Shown in pieces: positions 58,928 to 64,000 of a stretch of DNA of 64,000 nt (positions within the stretch are counted from its first letter, which is position 1; every line of letters begins with the position of its first letter). Below the pieces are notes generated by a model. The model was not told the origin of the DNA and ran no database searches. It saw only the letters and a list, made by a program, of their open reading frames with translations. Position numbers and translations under genes: made by a program. The stretch comes from Candidatus Latescibacterota bacterium (lineage in GTDB: Bacteria > Latescibacterota > CBDEFO01), in the NCBI GenBank assembly GCA_965248755.1, contig OZ252149.1, positions 4,344,680 to 4,408,679 of the forward strand. Direction: 5' to 3'.

Positions 58928-58956
58928 TTGACACTGAGGGCTTTTTTAGCTAAATT
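58928..58956 (+). promoter_or_regulatory. Candidate promoter upstream of the DUF2723 gene
   Basis: TTGACA, 17 nt, TAAATT. Confidence 0.35.
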
Positions 58957-59049
58957 TCTGGAAGTTAAGAGAGCTGAGTAACCATTGAAATTGCAGTTTA
59001 GATAATTGTGCTATTTAGAGATCCTTAAGGGAGAAAAAATTCGTTGATA

Positions 59050-61578
59050 ATGGTCAATCACAAAACGACTAACAGAGTTATTGCAGGAGCAATATTCTTA
59101 ACTGTTTTAGGGGTCTATCTGAAGACTGTGGCACCTACGGTCTCCTTCTGGGACTGCGGAGAGTTCATAGCATCGTCTTACATAATGGGTGTTCCGCATC
59201 CACCGGGGACCCCGCTCTATGTTCTTATAGGGAGGCTGTTCAGTCTACTTCCGATAGGAGGAGAGATCGCCTGGAGGGTTAATATAATATCTTCTTTAAG
59301 CAGCGCGCTGGCGGTTCTGATGATATACTTGGTTACTGTACGCTTAATCTTGCTCTGGAGTGGAATTGGATTTTCTACGATTGAATCACAGACGGAAGAC
59401 CTGTCACTTACGGAGCTTATCCCCGCATATGCAGGCGGAGCTATGGCGGCGTTCTGTGTGGCTTTTTCAGACACATTCTGGTTCAACGCAGTGGAGGCTG
59501 AAGTCTATGGTTCTTCTGTTTTGGTGACTATGTTGGCCGTGTGGCTGGCGATGTTGTGGATGGAACGGCACGATGATCATGAAAGCGACAAGATATTGCT
59601 CTTTACAGCTTATCTGTTCGGACTGGGGAGCGGGATGCATCTTCTGTCTCTTTTGACTATTCCGAGTATTTTGATATTGATACTCTTTACAAATGCAAGA
59701 CCGCTCAAGAATCCTAAACTGTGGATCGCAGCTATATCCCTCTTTATTTTAGGGTGGTCTACGGTTTTTGCGCTCTACATAAGGTCCGGATTGAATCCGG
59801 CTATCGACGAGAATAATCCGGAAAATTTAGATAATTTTATGCAGTTCCTCCAAAGGAAACAGTACGGTCAAGAAAGCTTACTTGTGACTCTATTTAATCG
59901 AAAATCGGATTTCTGGGGATTTCAGGTATGGCATATGTTTGTGAAGTACTTCTTTCAGCAGTTTCCCCTCCCTGACGTGTTTCCATTTTCGCTATTTGGT
60001 AGGATCTCCCAGTTCAGAAAAGCTACAGCAAATGAGTATATGACAGTTAAGATCTCGCTTATCCCTTACATCCTGGGAATCGCAGGGATGTACGTCCATT
60101 TAAGGAAAGATTGGAAAAGAGCGCTTGCGTTTGTGGTGTTGTTTGTGATTATGGGATTCGGGTTGGTAGTGTACCTGAATATGCAAGATCCTCAGCCCAG
60201 AGAGAGGGATTATTTCTTCGTGGGGGCATTTACGATATTCGCCATGTGGATTGGAATAGCCCTGTCAGGAGTCTTAGATGGGTTGGCAGAATGGGTCAGG
60301 AAATCGGAAAGTAGATATGCTGTTATGGCTGTTGTAGTGTTGATATTTCTGGCGGTACCTGCGGGGATGTTAAAAGCGAACTATCACTCTCACGACAGGA
60401 CAGGGGATTACGTTTCGTTCGACTATGGATACAATATAATTCAATCGTGTGATCAGGACGCTATATTATTTACGAACGGGGATAACGATACATTCCCACT
60501 ATGGTTCCTTCAGGAGGTTATGCAGATAAGGAAGGATGTTAAAGTTGTAAATTTGAGCCTTTTGAACACGAACTGGTATATAAAACAGCTGAGGGATTTC
60601 GAGCCCAAGATTAAGATAGAGTACAGCGATAATTATATAGATAATGTGCTGTGCGGATCAACTACGGAGGCTGTGATGACCAGGAAATGGGATAAGGAAC
60701 GGTTCGAAAAGGCGGTTGCCGCTGGGATGAAGTGGAAGATCCCATCTCCGGGTGGTAATTATAATATTCTCAGGATTCAGGACGTGATGGTCTATAATAT
60801 CATACATTGGAATAAGTGGGAAAGGCCTGTATATTTCGCTGTGACTGCGGCAACGTCGAATATGATAGGTTTGAAGAGTGCAGGACATCTGATTATGGAG
60901 GGCATGGTCTTCCGCGTTATGAAGGATAAGGTAACAAGTTACAGAAACTTGGATCCAGAAAGGTCGAGGCATAACCTGTGGAATGTATATCAGTATAGAG
61001 GATTAAAGGACCCTGAGGTCTATAAGGATGAGAACACTTTGAAGCTGTTGGCAAACTACAGGGCGGCGTATCTCCAGCTTGCCGACGTCTACAGGGTTAT
61101 GAGAAGACCCGATGAGGCTGTAGAGACACTCAAAAGGTGCGATGAATTGGTACCTATGTACTGGGTGGACTACAGGGTGTCGTCCCAGATATTAGCTGCG
61201 GCGGGCAGGCGCGAAGAAGCGGGGGAGTTTTTAGAAAAGGGGCTGGAAGATGCCAAAAAGAAAGGAAGGAGCGCCCTTCTTCAGATCGCCTCTTCTCTTA
61301 TAACGGACGCGCATAATTACGACAGAGCGGTCAAAGTTTACAGAGAGGTGACAGAGGAATCTCCTTTTGAGAAGGACGCATACTACGGACTCGCGCTTGC
61401 CCTTGAGAAAAAGCAGGACTACAAAGCCTCAATAGAAACTCTGGAGCACCTTCTGGAACTTTTTCCTGAAGATAAGAAGGCCAAAAGCGGCATCGAGGGG
61501 CTCAAGAAGTTAGCCAATGTGGAGAAAGAGGAAGGGGATGCAGGAAACAGTGAACAATCTGAGTCGGGAATACCTTGA
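59050..61578 (+). CDS. DUF2723-family integral membrane (glycosyltransferase-like) protein with C-terminal TPR repeats
   Basis: VSFWDCGEFIASSYIMGVPHPPGTPLY is the DUF2723 signature. Multiple TM segments. TPR-like C-terminus. Confidence 0.8.
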   Translation: MVNHKTTNRVIAGAIFLTVLGVYLKTVAPTVSFWDCGEFIASSYIMGVPHPPGTPLYVLIGRLFSLLPIGGEIAWRVNIISSLSSALAVLMIYLVTVRLILLWSGIGFSTIESQTEDLSLTELIPAYAGGAMAAFCVAFSDTFWFNAVEAEVYGSSVLVTMLAVWLAMLWMERHDDHESDKILLFTAYLFGLGSGMHLLSLLTIPSILILILFTNARPLKNPKLWIAAISLFILGWSTVFALYIRSGLNPAIDENNPENLDNFMQFLQRKQYGQESLLVTLFNRKSDFWGFQVWHMFVKYFFQQFPLPDVFPFSLFGRISQFRKATANEYMTVKISLIPYILGIAGMYVHLRKDWKRALAFVVLFVIMGFGLVVYLNMQDPQPRERDYFFVGAFTIFAMWIGIALSGVLDGLAEWVRKSESRYAVMAVVVLIFLAVPAGMLKANYHSHDRTGDYVSFDYGYNIIQSCDQDAILFTNGDNDTFPLWFLQEVMQIRKDVKVVNLSLLNTNWYIKQLRDFEPKIKIEYSDNYIDNVLCGSTTEAVMTRKWDKERFEKAVAAGMKWKIPSPGGNYNILRIQDVMVYNIIHWNKWERPVYFAVTAATSNMIGLKSAGHLIMEGMVFRVMKDKVTSYRNLDPERSRHNLWNVYQYRGLKDPEVYKDENTLKLLANYRAAYLQLADVYRVMRRPDEAVETLKRCDELVPMYWVDYRVSSQILAAAGRREEAGEFLEKGLEDAKKKGRSALLQIASSLITDAHNYDRAVKVYREVTEESPFEKDAYYGLALALEKKQDYKASIETLEHLLELFPEDKKAKSGIEGLKKLANVEKEEGDAGNSEQSESGIP

Positions 61579-61780
61579 AGAAAGGAACAGCAAAGCTCAA
61601 TCGTCTCCATACATTAATCTATGGGAAGGAGCCAGGGAGGAGATGAAGAATTGGATAGACGATAAGGTGCTGGAAAGATACGTTGAGCCTCTGTACATTT
61701 GTGGCTCTATGAATGGAAGTTATATAATCTACGCTTCACACGATTCATGGGCTGTTAAGAGGGAAAGGGATTATAAATGA
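61517..61780 (+). CDS. Hypothetical small protein (overlaps the 3' end of the previous gene; real start may be the ATG at 61538)
   Basis: ORF only. Confidence 0.3.
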   Translation: MWRKRKGMQETVNNLSREYLEERNSKAQSSPYINLWEGAREEMKNWIDDKVLERYVEPLYICGSMNGSYIIYASHDSWAVKRERDYK

Positions 61781-61841
61781 CTGATCGAGGACGTAATCGG
61801 CTCACGATGGATGTAGTTGGAGAGTATTAATAGGGAACGTA

Positions 61842-62186
61842 ATGGCAGAGTGGATAAACAACTGGCAGGAGATAGAGCTTCCACCGGGATGGTCTGAGGT
61901 TTCGGTCCCCCAAAAGGATGGAAGAGTGCACTTTGATGGAAAAGTCAGGGAGTTTATACTCGGAGGGGAGAAAAACTACGGGGACTGCAAAAACAGGATA
62001 AGAATATTCTGGAACAGGAGAGAGGATGAAAAGCGGGGATGGGGTATATACCAGATGAAAAATGGGAAGGTCGCGTCTAAAATGATCGTAAGAGCAAAGA
62101 GGATAGCTCAAAAGGGGAGAGACCCTGAAGAGTTCCCCACTGAGGAATTATTGGACACAGTAGATAGGTTTGAGATCTTCGATTAG
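61842..62186 (+). CDS. Hypothetical protein
   Basis: 114-aa ORF. No recognised motif. Confidence 0.4.
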   Translation: MAEWINNWQEIELPPGWSEVSVPQKDGRVHFDGKVREFILGGEKNYGDCKNRIRIFWNRREDEKRGWGIYQMKNGKVASKMIVRAKRIAQKGRDPEEFPTEELLDTVDRFEIFD

Positions 62187-62237
62187 AGATAGGAGTGCAT
62201 GGTAGGGTCAAGGATACAATTCAAGAGAGGATAGGTT

Positions 62238-63200
62238 ATGAAACGGGCATTGATAACTGGAATTACTGGTCAGGACGGATCTTATCTTGCCGAGTTTCTA
62301 CTGGGGAAAGGATACAAGGTCTACGGCTTAATAAGGAGGAGTAGTACGGGACATCTTGAGAGAATCCATCATCTGGAGGACAAGATAATTACTCTACCTG
62401 GCGATCTTTTGGATCAGAATTCGCTTGTAAGTGCCCTCAAGGAGTCCGATCCTGATGAGGTCTATAACTTAGGAGCCCAGTCCTTTGTCGCTGCGTCCTG
62501 GTCTCAGCCTATACTGACGGGGGAGATCACCGGACTTGGGGTTACCAGCCTATTGGAGTCCATAAAGGCGGTAAAGCCAGACGCTAAATTCTACCAGGCG
62601 TCCACCAGTGAGATGTTCGGTAAGGTTCAAGCGAGTCCGCAAAACGAAAAGACGCCCTTTTATCCGCGCAGTCCTTACGGTGTATCTAAGCTTTATGGCC
62701 ATTGGATAACTGTAAATTATCGTGAGAGTTACAATATATTCGCCTGTTCCGGCATATTGTTCAACCACGAATCTCCCAGAAGAGGGTTTGAATTCGTAAC
62801 CAGAAAGATAACAAGCACTATTGCAAAGATAAAGTGCGGATTGGCAGATAGACTAAGCCTCGGCGATCTGGATCCTGAAAGGGATTGGGGGTTCGCCGGA
62901 GACTACGTTGAGTCTATGTGGTTGATGCTGCAGCAGGATGAGCCGGACGAATACGTCGTGGCTACTGGAGTGGCTCACTCTGTCAGGGATTTAGTGAAAC
63001 TGGCGTTCGAGTGCGTAGATATGAATTGGGAGGACCATGTAGACATAGACAAGCAGTTCTTCAGACCGGCTGAGGTCAATAATTTGGTGGGCGATGCGAC
63101 CAAGGCAAGAAAAAGGTTAGGCTGGGAGCCGAAGGTTACCTTTGAGGAACTGATAAAGATGATGGTGGAGTCAGACTTGGCCCTGTTCAGCCGAAAGTAG
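62238..63200 (+). CDS. gmd: GDP-mannose 4,6-dehydratase
   Basis: [40 protein letters not shown] and FNHESPRRG. Confidence 0.95.
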   Translation: MKRALITGITGQDGSYLAEFLLGKGYKVYGLIRRSSTGHLERIHHLEDKIITLPGDLLDQNSLVSALKESDPDEVYNLGAQSFVAASWSQPILTGEITGLGVTSLLESIKAVKPDAKFYQASTSEMFGKVQASPQNEKTPFYPRSPYGVSKLYGHWITVNYRESYNIFACSGILFNHESPRRGFEFVTRKITSTIAKIKCGLADRLSLGDLDPERDWGFAGDYVESMWLMLQQDEPDEYVVATGVAHSVRDLVKLAFECVDMNWEDHVDIDKQFFRPAEVNNLVGDATKARKRLGWEPKVTFEELIKMMVESDLALFSRK

Positions 63201-63217
63201 AAGTCGTATTATCCCTT

Positions 63218-64000
63218 ATGTATAATATATTAGTTATTGACTACAGGGATATTTCCCATCCCGAGGCCGGCGGCGCTGAGGTCCTTGTACATGAAATTTT
63301 CGGAAGGTTAGCCAACAGGGGACATAGAATAACACTGCTATGTTCAGGCTACAAAGGCGGAAAAGTCAAGGAGTATATAGGAGGGATGAGGATCTTAAGG
63401 GTGGGCAATCAACACAATTTCAATTTTGTGGTGCCCTATGTCTACCGCAGGAGACTTAGCAAAAACAGCTACGATGCAATTGTGGAAGATATAAATAAGA
63501 TTCCATTTTTTATGCCTCTTTTTTCAAATACCTGTGTCCTGCCTGTGCTGCCTCATGTCTTCGGAACGACACTGTTCAAGCAGGCGCCTTTTCCGTTGGC
63601 TCTGTATGTGTACAGCTACGAGAAACTCATCCCTTTCGTATATAGAAACTGTAAGATCTCAGTCCTGTCCCAAAGCACGAAGGAAGATCTTATCGAAAGA
63701 GGACTGCCCGAGGAGAATCTACAGGTTATACATCCAGGGGTGGACCGGATTCTATATAATACAGGCGATGGAGTTGCAAAGGACTCTTCCCCGATAATCC
63801 TCTACGTTGGGAGGATAAAGCAGTATAAGTGCATAGATCACGTAATACGGGCTATGCCGAGAATTTTGCATAGGGTGCCAGACGCTCATTATCTTGTCGC
63901 AGGGACGGGAGATTATTTAGATAGTTTAAGACGTTTGACGTCGAAATTGGGTTTAGATGACAACGTTAAGTTCTTGGGGTACATAAGCCATGACGAAAAG
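63218..64000 (+). CDS. Glycosyltransferase family 4 (GT-B), 3'-partial; absent from the ORF track because it runs off the window
   Basis: The ATG at 63218 opens a stop-free frame to nt 64000: MYNILVIDYRDISHPEAGGAEVLVHEIFGRLANRGH...ILYVGRIKQYKCIDHVIRAM...LVAGTGDY. Confidence 0.8.
   Translation, partial: MYNILVIDYRDISHPEAGGAEVLVHEIFGRLANRGHRITLLCSGYKGGKVKEYIGGMRILRVGNQHNFNFVVPYVYRRRLSKNSYDAIVEDINKIPFFMPLFSNTCVLPVLPHVFGTTLFKQAPFPLALYVYSYEKLIPFVYRNCKISVLSQSTKEDLIERGLPEENLQVIHPGVDRILYNTGDGVAKDSSPIILYVGRIKQYKCIDHVIRAMPRILHRVPDAHYLVAGTGDYLDSLRRLTSKLGLDDNVKFLGYISHDEK

Overview
This 64-kb window comes from an apparently uncultivated bacterium that uses the standard genetic code. Several promoters follow a TTGACA-N17-TATATT pattern, and three proteins carry type-A T9SS C-terminal sorting domains. 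That suggests an FCB-superphylum or candidate-phylum lineage, but lineage cannot be proven from the sequence alone.

The backbone is housekeeping: efp-accB-accC-gcvH, trpS, scpA-scpB-rluB-cmk-plsC-rpsA, selD, acs, mpl-ldcA, coaX, a CIRCE-controlled groES-groEL, a homocysteine methyltransferase, and an envelope-glycan cluster (DUF2723, gmd, GT4).

Main observations:
1. Three secreted proteins end in the same triad of dockerin pair, cohesin-like domain and T9SS CTD. They are a minimal 348-aa protein, an M23/double beta-helix giant, and a 1690-aa S8 protease. This suggests a T9SS-displayed cohesin-dockerin assembly system.
2. selD is a selenoprotein gene. It has an in-frame UGA at the catalytic Cys/Sec position, so the ORF-track start is wrong. 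A roughly 115-nt three-stem element sits in its leader.
3. A promoter- and terminator-bounded candidate sRNA lies at about 25.37-25.49 kb.
4. rpsA has a 37-aa x ~4.5 acidic repeat tail with a +1 indel in the last copy.
5. A visibly GC-richer island (about 37.8-46.6 kb) holds an IS1380-like relic, several pseudogenes and a small oxygenase/TPP-enzyme cluster.
6. Disrupted genes are unusually dense across the window, including two in-frame TAGs that split otherwise continuous ORFs.

I found no rRNA, tRNA or CRISPR array. All domain calls rest on motif recognition by eye; no database search was run.
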